A DNA stretch of 64,000 nucleotides, from the NCBI RefSeq assembly GCF_053078305.1, contig NZ_CP166879.1. One strand, written 5' to 3'. This document shows positions 44,508-56,800 of this stretch, one piece after another (the stretch's first letter is position 1; every line of letters begins with the position of its first letter). The position numbers and the translations under genes are program-made. The notes beneath the pieces are model-generated. The model did not search any database. It was not told the origin of the DNA and worked only from the letters and a program-made list of their open reading frames with translations.

Positions 44508-45679
44508 CGTTCGCGCAACGCCTCCTGTGCTTTGTTAAAGGGTTTCAACAGATAATCCAGCACGCTTTTTTTGCCGGTGCGGATATCGACCGTCGCCACC
44601 ATACCGGGGAATATCGGAAACTGCTGTTTGCTTTTGTTTTCCAGATGGTTGCTGAAAGTGCGAATGTACACCCGATAGTAATAAACATCGCGCCGCACTT
44701 CATCCTGCACGGTGTCTGGTGATATCACCGCTACTTCTCCCGGCAGACCGCCGTAGATGGAGTAATCGTAGGCAGTTATTTTCACCAGCGATTTTTGCCC
44801 CGGATGGATAAACGCCACATCGCGCGGGGAGATTTTTGCCTCAATCAGCAGTTGCTCATCCAGCGGCACGATGGTCATCAGTTTACCACCGGGGGCGATG
44901 ACGCCGCCAACCGTGGTGACGTCAATATCCTGAACAATGCCACGAACTGGCGCAGTAAAGTTGAGCCTGGTGAGGGAGTCTTCACGCCCACGGATCACCG
45001 AACGCTGGGTTTCCACTTCCGCATTGGCTTTCGCTAACTCTTCCCGCGCCTGAACGTAGTATTGCGTGCGCACGTCGCTGAGTTTGTTTTCCAGTTCATT
45101 GGCCTGGCGTTGCAGGCGCAGCACTTCGACGCTGCTCGCCGCCCCCTGTTTCACCAGCGGCTGGGTCATCGCCAGTTCACGGTTGACCAGGCTAATCCCC
45201 TGCGTCAGCCCGGTGGTGGCTTTGTTCAACCCGTCGCGGCGAGTGTTGTACAACGCCGTTTCCGACTCGATAAGTTCGGGGAATTTATTCAGTTCGTCAG
45301 GGAAGACCAACGGTTTATTGCTCACTTCCGCCCGCAGCCGCGCCGAGGTTGCCAGCGCAGCGTACAGCCGCGACATCGCTTCCTGGACGTCGGATTCCGT
45401 TTTAGTGCGGTTAAGCTGCGCCAGCGGCTGGCCCTGTTCGACAATATCGCCAACTTTCACGTTCAGATGATACAGAATTCCGCCTTCCAGCGACTGCACC
45501 ACCTGTTCGCGCCCGGAAGGTTCTACCGTGCCGCTGCCGGTGGTGACTTCATCAAGCTGGAAGTACCACGCCCAGCCGAGAAAACAGAGCAGCATCACAG
45601 CGGTAACGCGTACCGCCAGCGCCGAACGCGGCAAGCGGGGTTCAGTCAGGCCACGGTTGTATTGCAGTTGTCCGTTCAT
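44504..45679 (-). CDS. Type I secretion periplasmic adaptor (HlyD family membrane fusion protein)
   Basis: 391 aa: cytoplasmic N-terminus, one TM helix ([14 protein letters not shown]), long coiled-coil and lipoyl/beta-barrel regions; ATGA-coupled to the upstream ABC gene. Confidence 0.88.
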
Positions 45680-47838
45680 GCAGCAGACCCCTTATTCTTC
45701 TCCTGCAACACCACCCGTCGCGCCGTGGGTTCGCTCTGTTCACGCAAAATGGCCTCTTTCGCGCCATCCATCACAATCCGCCCCTGATCCATCACGATTA
45801 TCCTGTCCACCAGCTGCAGCATCGCCGTGCGGTGAGTGGCGATGACCAGCGTGCGATGTCCAATCCACTGTTTCAGATGTTCGATTAAATGCGCTTCTGC
45901 CATTTCGTCCAGCGAGGCGCTGGGTTCGTCGAGCAGCACGATATTGGGTTGAGAGATGAGTAGCCGCGCCAGCAACAGCGTTTGTCGCTGACCGCCAGAG
46001 AGGCCAAATCCTCCTTCCTGAATCATGTAGTTGAGACCGTTTTTCTGCTTCTGCACAAAGGGCAGCGCCCCGCTGAGGGTTAACGCGCGTTCGATATCTT
46101 CATCGCTGGCCTCCGGCATCCCCATGGTGAGGTTTTCCCGCAGCGAACCAAAGAACAGTCGCCCGGTCTGGCTGAGTAGCCCCATGTCTCGCCGCAGATC
46201 TGCCGGATCAAGCTGCCCGATACTGATGTTATCCAGCAACACCTGCCCCTGCTGGGCGATACGCATTCCAGCGAGCATTTGCAGTAGCGTCGATTTACCC
46301 GCGCCGTTGCGCCCGAGAATGGCGATTTTCTCACCAGCCTGAATGTTGAGTTTGCCAATCGCTACATCGGCAATCTTCTCTTCTTCGTCGTAATAAAACA
46401 CCGCGTTGCTGAACTGATAATTACCGTGCAGCACCGCTTTATGCACCAGTTTGCCGTGTTCCGGCTGATCCACCGGGCGCTTCATCAGTTCATCCAGGCC
46501 GTTACGCGCCACCTTTGCCTGCTGCCAGCGCGAGAGCACGCCGGATATCTGCGACAGCGGCGCGATGGTGCGCGAAGCCAGGATCGTCGTCCCGACCAGC
46601 GCGCCGGTGGTCATGTCGCCGTTCATCACCATAAAGCAGCCCACCAACAGCACCACGACGTAGACGATGGATTGCACTTCCTGGGTCCAGGTGAGCAGTA
46701 GCCCGGTGAGAAAACGTTGCTTCATGCTGATGGACGAGGCCACATCGTTGGTGTGATTCCACTGATTCTGGAAACGCTGTTCGGCGCGCAGCAGTTTAAT
46801 ATCTTCAATCGACTGCACGGCTTCGACAAGCGTAGCGTTACGTACCGCCGACTCGCGCATCCCTTCGTTCGCCAGCCGCGCCAGCGGGCGTTGTACCAGC
46901 AGGCCGGGGATCACCAGCAACGGCAGCGCCAGTAAAACCACCAGCACCAGCCAGCCGCCAATCATCCACAAAATAAAGACAAACAGCAGGAAGAACGGCA
47001 GATCCGCCACCGCGCCGATGGTGGTGGACGTAATAAGCTCCCGCACTGATTCCAGTTCGCGGATCTGCGAGATAAACGATCCGGTGGATTTCGATCGCAC
47101 GTTGTTTTTCAGCCGTAGCGCATGACCAAAAACGCGATCCGAAATACGCAGGTCTGCCCGCTTGCCGATCACATCAGATAGATGCGTACGCACCATGCGC
47201 ATACAGAACTCAAACAGGATCGCCATCATCACCCCGGCGAACAGCACCCACAGAGTCGGGTACGATTGCGCCGGAACCACCCGATCGTAAACCTGCATCG
47301 AGAAAATCATCGCCGCCAGCGCCAGCACGTTCGCCACCAGTGACGCCAGCATAATATCGCCGTAGCGCCGCCAGTCTTTTAGCGAAAGACTCCAGAACCA
47401 GTTCGCCTGATACGGGCGAATATAGTCATCTACCCGCGCGTCAGGGATGGCGCTGAGCGGGCGCAGTAGCGCCAGTTCAACGATTTTATCCTCGACATCC
47501 GCGACGTTAAGCGTGGTTTCCAGCCCTTCGTCACCGCTGAACTGAACGCTGATATTGTCATGATTGTCGCGACGGGTGATCACGCCAATCTGCTGATTAT
47601 CAAACACCGCGATCAGCGGCAGACGCCAGGGGTTAAGCGAATCGGCGGAAAACTCCACCAGCCGTAACCCCATTCCCAACTGCCGCGCCATGTCGGTGAG
47701 CAACTCTTCCCGCTTACTGTCGCGCTCCCAGTTGACGGTCGCGCGCACATTCTCCTGAGAAAAATCGAGCCGATAATAGCGCGCCACGGCGATCATCGCC
47801 TCCAGCCAGGCTTCCACGGACTGGGCATTTTTTTTCAT
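45676..47838 (-). CDS. Type I secretion ABC exporter (HlyB type, N-terminal C39-like domain, TMD and NBD)
   Basis: 720 aa: N-terminal roughly 130 aa C39-like domain with no candidate catalytic Cys, six-helix TMD, Walker A (GRNGAGKST), signature (LSGGQRQ), Walker B (LLDEPSASLD); ATG 3 nt after the adhesin stop. Confidence 0.9.
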   Translation of the reverse strand: MKKNAQSVEAWLEAMIAVARYYRLDFSQENVRATVNWERDSKREELLTDMARQLGMGLRLVEFSADSLNPWRLPLIAVFDNQQIGVITRRDNHDNISVQFSGDEGLETTLNVADVEDKIVELALLRPLSAIPDARVDDYIRPYQANWFWSLSLKDWRRYGDIMLASLVANVLALAAMIFSMQVYDRVVPAQSYPTLWVLFAGVMMAILFEFCMRMVRTHLSDVIGKRADLRISDRVFGHALRLKNNVRSKSTGSFISQIRELESVRELITSTTIGAVADLPFFLLFVFILWMIGGWLVLVVLLALPLLVIPGLLVQRPLARLANEGMRESAVRNATLVEAVQSIEDIKLLRAEQRFQNQWNHTNDVASSISMKQRFLTGLLLTWTQEVQSIVYVVVLLVGCFMVMNGDMTTGALVGTTILASRTIAPLSQISGVLSRWQQAKVARNGLDELMKRPVDQPEHGKLVHKAVLHGNYQFSNAVFYYDEEEKIADVAIGKLNIQAGEKIAILGRNGAGKSTLLQMLAGMRIAQQGQVLLDNISIGQLDPADLRRDMGLLSQTGRLFFGSLRENLTMGMPEASDEDIERALTLSGALPFVQKQKNGLNYMIQEGGFGLSGGQRQTLLLARLLISQPNIVLLDEPSASLDEMAEAHLIEHLKQWIGHRTLVIATHRTAMLQLVDRIIVMDQGRIVMDGAKEAILREQSEPTARRVVLQEKNKGSAA

Positions 47839-47841
47839 TAT

Positions 47842-50800
47842 CTACACCACCATCAACTGATGATTCGCCAGCAAAGTGGCGAGGTCGGTGTGCACGCCCG
47901 TCAGCGTGACCACGTTAGTTGTCGCAAAAGTGCCGCCCGTGCCGTCGCGGTCGATCTGCACGATGGTGTCGCTGCCGCTCTGGGTGACTTTGACAAAGTC
48001 ACCGATGTTTCCGGCCTGCGCATCCAGCGTCGCCACGCCGTTGACATAGCTGGCTTTGCCGTTTCCGGTGTAGCCGCTGCCCTGCAACAACTCGCGGATA
48101 TCAATGCGATCGGTGTCGGCAGTGCCTTCCCAGGTGCCTACCGTAAAGCCATTCACCACATCCGAACCGTTGCCGCCAGTGGCGTCGCTGGCGTTGAGCA
48201 GTTTATAGAGCAAGGTGTCGTGGCCGCCGTTGCCGATGTTGAGCGTGTCGTTGCCGCCGCGCCCTTCCAGTTGGTTATCGCCGCTGCTGCCGGTCAGAGT
48301 GTCGTTAAAATTCGAGCCGGAAATACCTTCGATATTGGTAAATGTCGAGGTGTTAAAGCCGGTGGCCTGCGCGGCAGTGCTGCTTAAGTTCGCGGTCACG
48401 CCCACCGTCGAAAGCCGGAAATCAACCACGTCCATCCCGCCGTTCGCCAGCCACGTTCCGGTGCCGGAGCTGTACACCCAGCCGCCGGAACCGTCGTAAG
48501 TGTCGGTGCCTGCGGTGGCAAAGAAGGTGTCGTTATAGCCCGTACCAACGAACTTGCCGTTGTTGCTCGCGGTGCCCGCTTCAGCGCTGAGATCGTAAGC
48601 GTGAGTGGCATCGGTAGCCTGCAAACCACCCCAGCTGGTGTTGACCGTCTGGTCGATATTGCTGGCGGTGGTGCCGGTGGATTTGATCAGCACCGCGTTG
48701 TAGGTTTCTCCGGCATTCAGCCCGTAGAAGTTGACCAGCGCCGAGGTGTCGTTAACCCCCATACCCGACTGCGGGTTGATGATTTGCGTGGCGACCAGCA
48801 CTCCCGCCGAGTTGTACAGCTTCACGGTATTGCCGTAATAGACGTTAATGCCGTTGGGATCGGTGATGCGCAGGTGTAGCGAAGTGCCGTAGCTCACCGT
48901 GTTGGTGTTGCGGATCAGGAACACGCTGCCCGACTGTTTGGTCACCAGTACATCAACCGCGCCGTCCCAGTCGTAATCCATTGCCGCCACGCCGCTGGTG
49001 GTACCGCTCTGGCTGCCGCCGAGGGCCGATTGCGTCCAGTTGCTGGCACCACCAACGTTGGTGTAAAGATACGATTGTCCGGTCTGGGCGATACGGGCGA
49101 TATCCATCAGGCCGTCATGGTTCCAGTCCACCGCCAGGCTAAACTGGCTGGCGTAGGTGGTTGCCGTTGCGCCCACCGCCACCGGGCTACCCAGTACGCC
49201 GTTGGTGTTGAATAACAGCGAGCCGTAGTTAGCTCTTCCCTGGCTGGCGGGCAGGAAGAGATCCATATCGCCGTCACCATCGAAATCGGCCCAGGTCATG
49301 GAAACGCTGCTGCTCATAGCGCCACTGCCCGCCCCGCTCAAGAAGGTATTGGTGGTGTTCTGCCCCCAGACAAACGTCCCATTCCCCTGGTTGATGAGCG
49401 AAGATAGCGTGTAATAGTTGTTCAGGTTGTAGGTGTGCTGAACCAGGTCGATCCTGCCGTCATTGTTCAGATCGACGCCAGAACCTTCGTTGAGCGAAAG
49501 ATACCCCGTCACCGCCCCGCCCACCGTGGCGCTACCGCCGCTGTTCGACGTGGTGGAGTTACCTACCAGCGTACCTGCGTTGTTCCACAGGAAGGTGTTG
49601 GAGTCCGGCCCGCCCGCGTCGCCAATCCAGAAGTCGAGATAGCCGTCGCCCTCTTTATCAAATGCCACAATCGAGCCGTACCACGTCAGGGTGCCGACGG
49701 TGACCTGAATAGCGCTGGAAAAGGTGCCGTCGCCGTTATTGGTAAAGCCGTTGATATAGCCTGTACCGTAGTCATCACGGGTGATAAACAGATCGCCCGT
49801 GCCGTTACGGTCGTAATCGGCGATGGAGCTGGTGGCGTAGTTGTTGCCGCTCTGATACAGCGTCAGCGCGGTCTTCGACCAGGTGAGTGGGTCAGTCGAT
49901 TGCATTACCTGCTGGTTTGCCAGCACCGTCCACATCCCGTGCGAGTCGAGGCCGTAGGTCAGCCCCCAGGCGGTGGTTTTGCTGGCGGTAGTCCAGGTCG
50001 GTGTGTAATCAATCGCCGCGTTAACCGTCACCGTGCCGTTGCTAATATTGGCGTTATTGCCGTTACCCGCCGAACTTTTTACCTGCGCAGTAACGGTATA
50101 GGCGGTCGCGGAAACTGTCAGCGCATCGGTATCCGGCAACTGTACATACCAGGTGTTGTGCGCCGGATCGACCACTACCGCGCCGCCCGGTTCAGAGGTG
50201 TAGGTTTTGCCGTTGATCACCACTTCAACATACTGCCCACTGGCAAGCGCGGCGGTGATCACCCCGCTGATAATCGGCGTAGTATCGCGCGTGGTCTGGC
50301 TGGTGATTTGCGCCAGCGTGGTCGGAATAGAGGTATCGACCGTCAGGACAAAATCACTGGAGGAGGTGATATTCCCCGCCAAATCCACCACTCGCGCGCT
50401 GTAGGTATAGGCACCGCTCACCAGCCCGCTGTCGCTGTAGGTCCAGTTCAGAGCGCCGACCATCGTCACCGCCCCTAACAGCAGCCCGTTACGGTAGAGG
50501 TAAACCACTTCACCGCTGGCAAGCGGCGCGGAAAGTACACCGTTCAGCAGCGGCGTAGTGTCGTCGGTGGCCTGCGAACTGCTTAATGTCCCCTGCCGCT
50601 GCCCGACATCATCGGTATACGACACAATGGTTGGCGTGGCGGTAGGGTTAATCGTATCGACCACCACCGTTTTCGATACCACCGGGCCGGTGTTCCCCGC
50701 CAGATCCAGCACCCGCACCTGATAAACGTAGCTGCCGTCGGTCAGCGTGCGGCTATCGGTGTAAGTCCACTGCGTGCCGTTGGTGGTAAGCGTGATCCAG

Positions 50801-53800
50801 GTCGCGCCGCTATCAAGGCTAATCTGCGCCACTTCGCCGCTGGCAAGCCCCGCTCCCAGCGAACCGGTCAGCGTGAGCGTGGTATCGCTGGTGATAAAGT
50901 CAGTTGCCGAACTCCCCGTGTCGGTGCTAATGCTGGCGATGGTCAACACCTGCGCCGGGTTAACGGTGTCAATCTGCGCCGACTGGCTGCCGGTTGCGCC
51001 AACGTTGCCCGCCAGATCGACCACCCGCACCTGCCAGGTGGTGGTGCCGTTGGTGAGGGTTCGTCCGTCAACGTAACTCCAGTTCAGGCCGTCTGCTGCT
51101 AGCGTCACGTTCACCCAGGTTGCGCCGTTGTCGGTACTGATTTGTGCGAACTCATTAGCGCCGAGCGCCGCGCCCAACACGCCGCGCACGGTAAGCGTGG
51201 TGTCGCTGGTAATAAAATCGCTGCTGCTGGTTCCGGTGTCATCGCTGATGCCGGTAATGGTGATACTTTTCGCCGCTTCCGGGCTGGTGGTATCGACCAC
51301 CACGTTTTGCGTTGCGGTCTGCCCAACGTTCCCCGCCAGATCCACCACCCGCACCGTGTAGTTCCAGGTGCCGTCAGTCAGTGTGCGACCATCGGCATAG
51401 CTCCAGCTGGTGCCGATAACGGTTAACGTAGTCCAGGTGACGCCGCCGTCGAGGCTGATTTGCGCCCGTTCATCGGCGGCAAGCGCCGCGCCGAGCGTGC
51501 CGCGCACGGTCAGCGTGGTGTCGCGTGTAACAAAATCGCTGCTGCTTAACCCGGTGTCATCGCTGATGCTCGCAATGGCGATGGTTTTGCTCGCCAGCGG
51601 CGCGGTGGTATCCACAGTGACTATCTGGCTGGCGGTCGCGCCGATATTTCCGGCGGTGTCGATCACCCGCACCTGGTAGTTGTAGTTGCCATCGGTCAGC
51701 GTACGCCCGTCAAGATAGCTCCAGGTCAAACCGCTTACCGAAAGATTCTGCCAGGTGGTGCCGCCATCAATGCTGATTTGCGCGAACTCACCGGCAGAAA
51801 GCGTCGCCCCCAGCGTGCCGCTCACCGCAAGCGTCGTGTCGCTGGTGACAAAATCGTTAGTGATCAAGCCCGTATCGGTGGTGATCGCGCTGATGGCGAT
51901 GGTTTTCACCGCGGGATCTGGCGCGGTAGTGTCGATCACCACATTCTGGCTGTCGGTCGCGCCAACGTTGCCCGCTGCGTCAATCACCCGCACCTGATAG
52001 AGATAGTTGCCATCGGTCAGCGTGCGGCTGTCGTTATAGCGCCAGGTCGTGCCGGTAACGGTAAGCGTGGTCCAGGTTGTGCCGCCGTCGATACTTATTT
52101 GCGCCGTCTCGTTACTGGCAAGCGCGGCGGTGAGCGAGCCGTTGACCACTACCGGACTGACGCTGGTGATAAAGTCGCTGGCGCTAAGGCCAGTGTCGGC
52201 TTGCAGGGAATCGATATTAATGCCCATCGCCGGAGCGCTGAGATCGACGGTAATGGTGTGATTACTGCTACCGGTGTTGCCAATGGCATTGCTCACCGAG
52301 GCGTTAATCACGTAAGCATTGCCGTCCGCCAGCGCGGTAACATCGGCGCTGCCTAGGGTGTAGCTCCAGCTACCGCCGGTCTGTACCGTGGTGGTGTAGG
52401 TTTTGCCGTTTAAGGTCAGGGTCAGCGTCTGTCCGACCGGCGCGGTGGTGGTGCCGCTGATCACCAGCGACGAGCCGTGTTCTGCTGCATTCACCACATC
52501 ATCGCCCGCAAAGGTGTTGATGGTGACGGTGGGCACGTCGCCGTTCAGCGTCACGCCACGGCTGGCGCTGCCGGGGTTTCCGGCCTGATCGCTAACCGTC
52601 GCGCTAATGGTGTAGCTGCCGTCGCTTAATCCAGCAAACTGCTGCGCCGGAATAAACACCGACCAGCTTCCGCCGCTGCCGACCGTTGTGGTCCAGGTTT
52701 GCCCGTTAAAGGTAACGGTCACCGTCTGGCCCACTTCGGCGGTGGTGGTGCCGCTGATGGTCTGCCCGGCAAGCTGCTCGGCGTTGTTGATAATATCGTC
52801 ACCCGCCACCGTGGCGATGGTGACCGTTGGCGCAACGGTATCGACGGTCAGGGCGTGCGTGGTTTGACCGGGGTTACCGGCACGATCGTTCACGCTGGCG
52901 GTAATGGTCTGCGCACCCTGCCCGAGCGATGCCAGATCCGCCGCAGGCACGTTAAGCGCCCAGGTGCCATTGGCGGCAACCGTGGCGGTATAGGTTTTGC
53001 CGCCAAAGATCACGGTGACCGTCTGCCCTACTTCCGCGCTGGTCGAGCCGTTAAGGGTTAACGGCTGCTGCTGTTCGGCGGCGTTGAGTCGGTCGTCCGT
53101 CGAAACGGTGTTAATACTGATAACCGGCGCGGTGAGATCCACCGTCACGCTGCGTGAGGCCGTGGCGCTGTTTCCGGCACTGTCCTGAGCGGAGGCGCTA
53201 ACCGTGTAGCTGGTGCCATCCGCCAGTGCCGCGACGTCTGCCGCCGGCACATTCACGCTCCAGCTCCCGTTGCTCTGAATGGCAGCGCTGTAGCCTTTGC
53301 CGTTAAGCAACACGGTCACCACTGTACCTGTCGCGAAATTAGTGCCAGTGCCGCTCAGGGTCAGCGCACTGCCCGCTTCGGCGGCGTTAATAATATTATC
53401 GCCGCTGATGGTGCTGACCGAGAGCGACACCGCCGCCGTATTGACCTGCACGTTGTGCGTCTGCGTGCTGCTGTTGCCTGCGCTATCGGTGATGGTGGCG
53501 CTGATGGTCACCGTGCCGTCTGCAAGGCCGGAAATCACGCTGGCAGGCACGCCAACGCTCCAGTTGCCGCTGGCATCGGTGCTGGTGACATACTGCTGCC
53601 CGGCGATGGTCACCACCAGGCGGTCGCCTGCGACCGCGCCCGTGGCGGTGCCGCTGATAATCTGCGCCTGAGTGTGTTCGACGTTGTTAATCACATCATC
53701 GCCCGCCACGGTGTTAAAGCTGATCACCGGCGCGGTGGTATCGACGGTCACACCTTTGCTGGCGCTGCCAGGGTTACCCGCCAGATCGCTGACCGTAGCG

Positions 53801-56800
53801 GTCAGGGTGTAGCCGTTATTGGCCAGTGCGGTTAAGTCGCTGGCGGGCAGCGTTAAGCTCCAACTGCCGTCTGCCTGCACCGTGGTCTGGTAGTTAGTGC
53901 CGTTAAGCGTGACGGTGAGCGTCTGCCCGGTTTGCGCCGTGCTGGTGCCGGACACCGTTACGCCCGCCGCCGCTTCGCTGGCGTTGATGATGTTATCGCT
54001 GGCAATGGTGTTGATGGTGACCGTTGGCGCGGCGCTATCGACGCTGTATTCGTGCGTTGCCGTGGCGCTGTTGCCGTTGACGTTAGTCACCCGCACCTGG
54101 GCGCTGGCATCGCCGTCACGCAGCGCCGCCAAATCCGCAGCCGGAACGGTGGTGCTCCAGCTACCGTTAGCCGCCACCGTGGAGGTGTAGGTTTTGCCGC
54201 CAAAGGTGACGGTGACGGTTTGCCCCGCTTCGACGCCGGACGTGCTGCCGGAGAGCATTAGCGCCGCGCCTTTTTCGGCGGCGTTAATCACATCATCAGG
54301 GGTAATAGCGTTAATGCTGATGGCAACGGTAGTGAGATCAACAGTCAGCGGATGGGTAATGCTGGTTTGCGTTCCGGCACTGTTCGCGCCGCTAACGGTA
54401 ATATTCAGCGTTCCCGCAGGCCAGTTACTGACATCCGCCGCCGGAACGCCGACGCTCCAGCTGCCGTTCGCCAGCACCGTGGCGGCGTAAGTTTGGTTGT
54501 TAATCACCACCGTCAACGCCGTGCCTGCGGCAAAGCCGGAGCTGCTGCCGGTGATCACCTGCGCCTGAGCGTGTTCGATGATATTGACCACATCATCACC
54601 CGCGACGGTATCCACCCGCAGGCCAGGCAGACTGGCATCGATGGTGATATCGCGCGTGCCGCTACCGGTGTTGCCAACGGCGTTGGTCACCGAGGCATTA
54701 ACCGTTAACTCACCGTTACCCAGCGCCTGCCAGTCGGCGGCAGGTACGCTCACATTCCAGCTTAAATCAGCCTGGACGGTGGCGGTGTAAGTTTTACCGC
54801 CCAGTTCAACGGTGACGGTGCTGCCCGCCGCCGCCCCGGTGACCTGGCCGCTGATAGTTTGCGCGCTGCCTGCCTCTGAAGCGTTGATAATATCGTCCGT
54901 CGCCACCGGATTAATGGTGATGCCCGGCAGCGCGGTATTAACCTGCACGTTATGGCTGGCGGTGCTGCTGTTACCCTGAGCATTGGTGACGCTCGCCGTC
55001 ACGCTGTAGGTCGCTTCGCCCAGCGCACTGACTGCCGAGGCGGGCACAGTAACGCTCCAGTTGCCGGAGGCGTCGGTAGTGGCGCTGTAGTTTTGTCCGT
55101 TCAGCGTGACGGTGATCGCCGTACCCGCAGGCTGATCGCTGGTGCCAGAAAGCGCCAGATCAGATCCTTTTTCCGTCGCGTTGATCACATCATCGCCCGC
55201 GATGGTGTTGATGCTAATCACTGGCGCGCTGAGGCTGACGGTCACGGTGCGGCTGGCGTCGTCGCTGTTGCCTGCCCGATCGCTGACGCTGGCGGTGATG
55301 GTCTGTGCGCCGCTACCCAGCGCCGCAACATCCGCCGCCGGTACGCCGACGCTCCAGTTACCGGAGGCATCCAGCGTGGTGGTGTAGGTTTTGCCATTGA
55401 GCACAACGCTCACCACATCGCCCGCTTCCCCGCCCGTGCTGGTACCGGAGATCACCAGCGCCTGGGCGTGTTCGGCGTCGTTGATGATGTCATCGCCCGC
55501 CACGGTGTTAATGGTGAGAACCGGCGCGGTGGTATCTACCGCCAGATTGTGGCTGGCGCTGCCGGGGTTGCCCGCTTTGTCGTTGACCGTGGCGCTGACG
55601 GTGTAATTGCTTGCGGTCAGCGCGCCTAAGGCTGAAGTGGGAACGCTGACGCTCCAGCTACCGTCCGCCTGCACAGTGCCGGTGTAGGTTGCGCCGTTAA
55701 GGGTGACGGTCACCGTCTGCCCGGTTTCGGCGGTGCTGGTGCCGCTGATGGTGAGCGGGCTTCCTGCCTCTGCGGCGTTAAGGATGTCATCGCTGGCGAT
55801 GGTGTTAATGGTGAGCGTCGGCGCGCTGGCGTCAACGCTATACGCATGGGTCGCCGAGGCGCTGTTGCCGCTCGCGCTGCTGACGCTGGCCTGCACGTTC
55901 GCCGCGCCGTCTGGCAGAGCTGCCAGATCCGCCGCCGGAACCGTTACGCTCCAGCTTCCGTTGGCGGCGACGATTGCGGTGTAGGTTTTGCCGCCAAAAG
56001 TGACGGTGACGGTTTGCCCGCTTTCAATCCCGCTGGTGCTGCCGGAGAGGGTCAGGCCAGTGCCTTTTTCGGCAGCGTTAATTACGTCGTCGCTGGCAAC
56101 GGTGTTGATGCTGATTGCCACCGCCGTTAAATCGACGGTGAACGGATGGCTGACGCTGACCGGGTTTCCGGCGCTGCTCTGTCCTGCCACGTCAACGGTT
56201 AACGCCCCCGCAGGCCAGGCGCTGACGTTTGCCGCCGGAATGCCGACGCTCCAGCTCCCGTCCGCCTGTACCGTGGCGGAATACGCCACACTGTTGATGG
56301 TAACCGTCAGCACAGCACCTGCATTCAGGCCGCTACTGCCGCCGGTGATCACCTGCGCCTGTCCGTGTTCAATGCTGTTGACGATATCATCGCCCGCTAC
56401 CGTATCCACCCGCAGCCCCGGCAGGTTGGCATCAATGGTGATATCCCGCGTGCCGCTGCCCGTATTGCCATTAGCGTTGGTGACCGAGGCGGTAATGGTC
56501 AAATCACCATTGCCCAACGCCTGGAGATCGGCTGCCGGAACGCTGATACTCCAGCTTAAATCGGGCTGAACCTCCGCTGTGTAAGTGTTCCCGCCCAGCG
56601 TCACGGTGACCGTATCGCCAGCGGCGGCGCGAGTCACCACCCCGCTGATGGTTTGATCGGCCCCCGCTTCGGCGGCGTTGATAATATCGTCGCCTGCCAC
56701 GGTGTTGATGGTGACGTCCGGCAGGCCGCTGTCGACCAGTAAATTCGCCTGGCTGCTGGCGGTGTTGCCTGCTGCACTGGTGGCGCTGGCGCTGACCGTA

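Noticed and set aside
45062-46935. Plus-strand ORFs (45062-45787, 45066-45470, 46031-46342, 46426-46701) within the T1SS adaptor and ABC genes
   Set aside because: Antisense to well-supported secretion genes; Arg/Pro/Ala-rich composition typical of out-of-frame translation.
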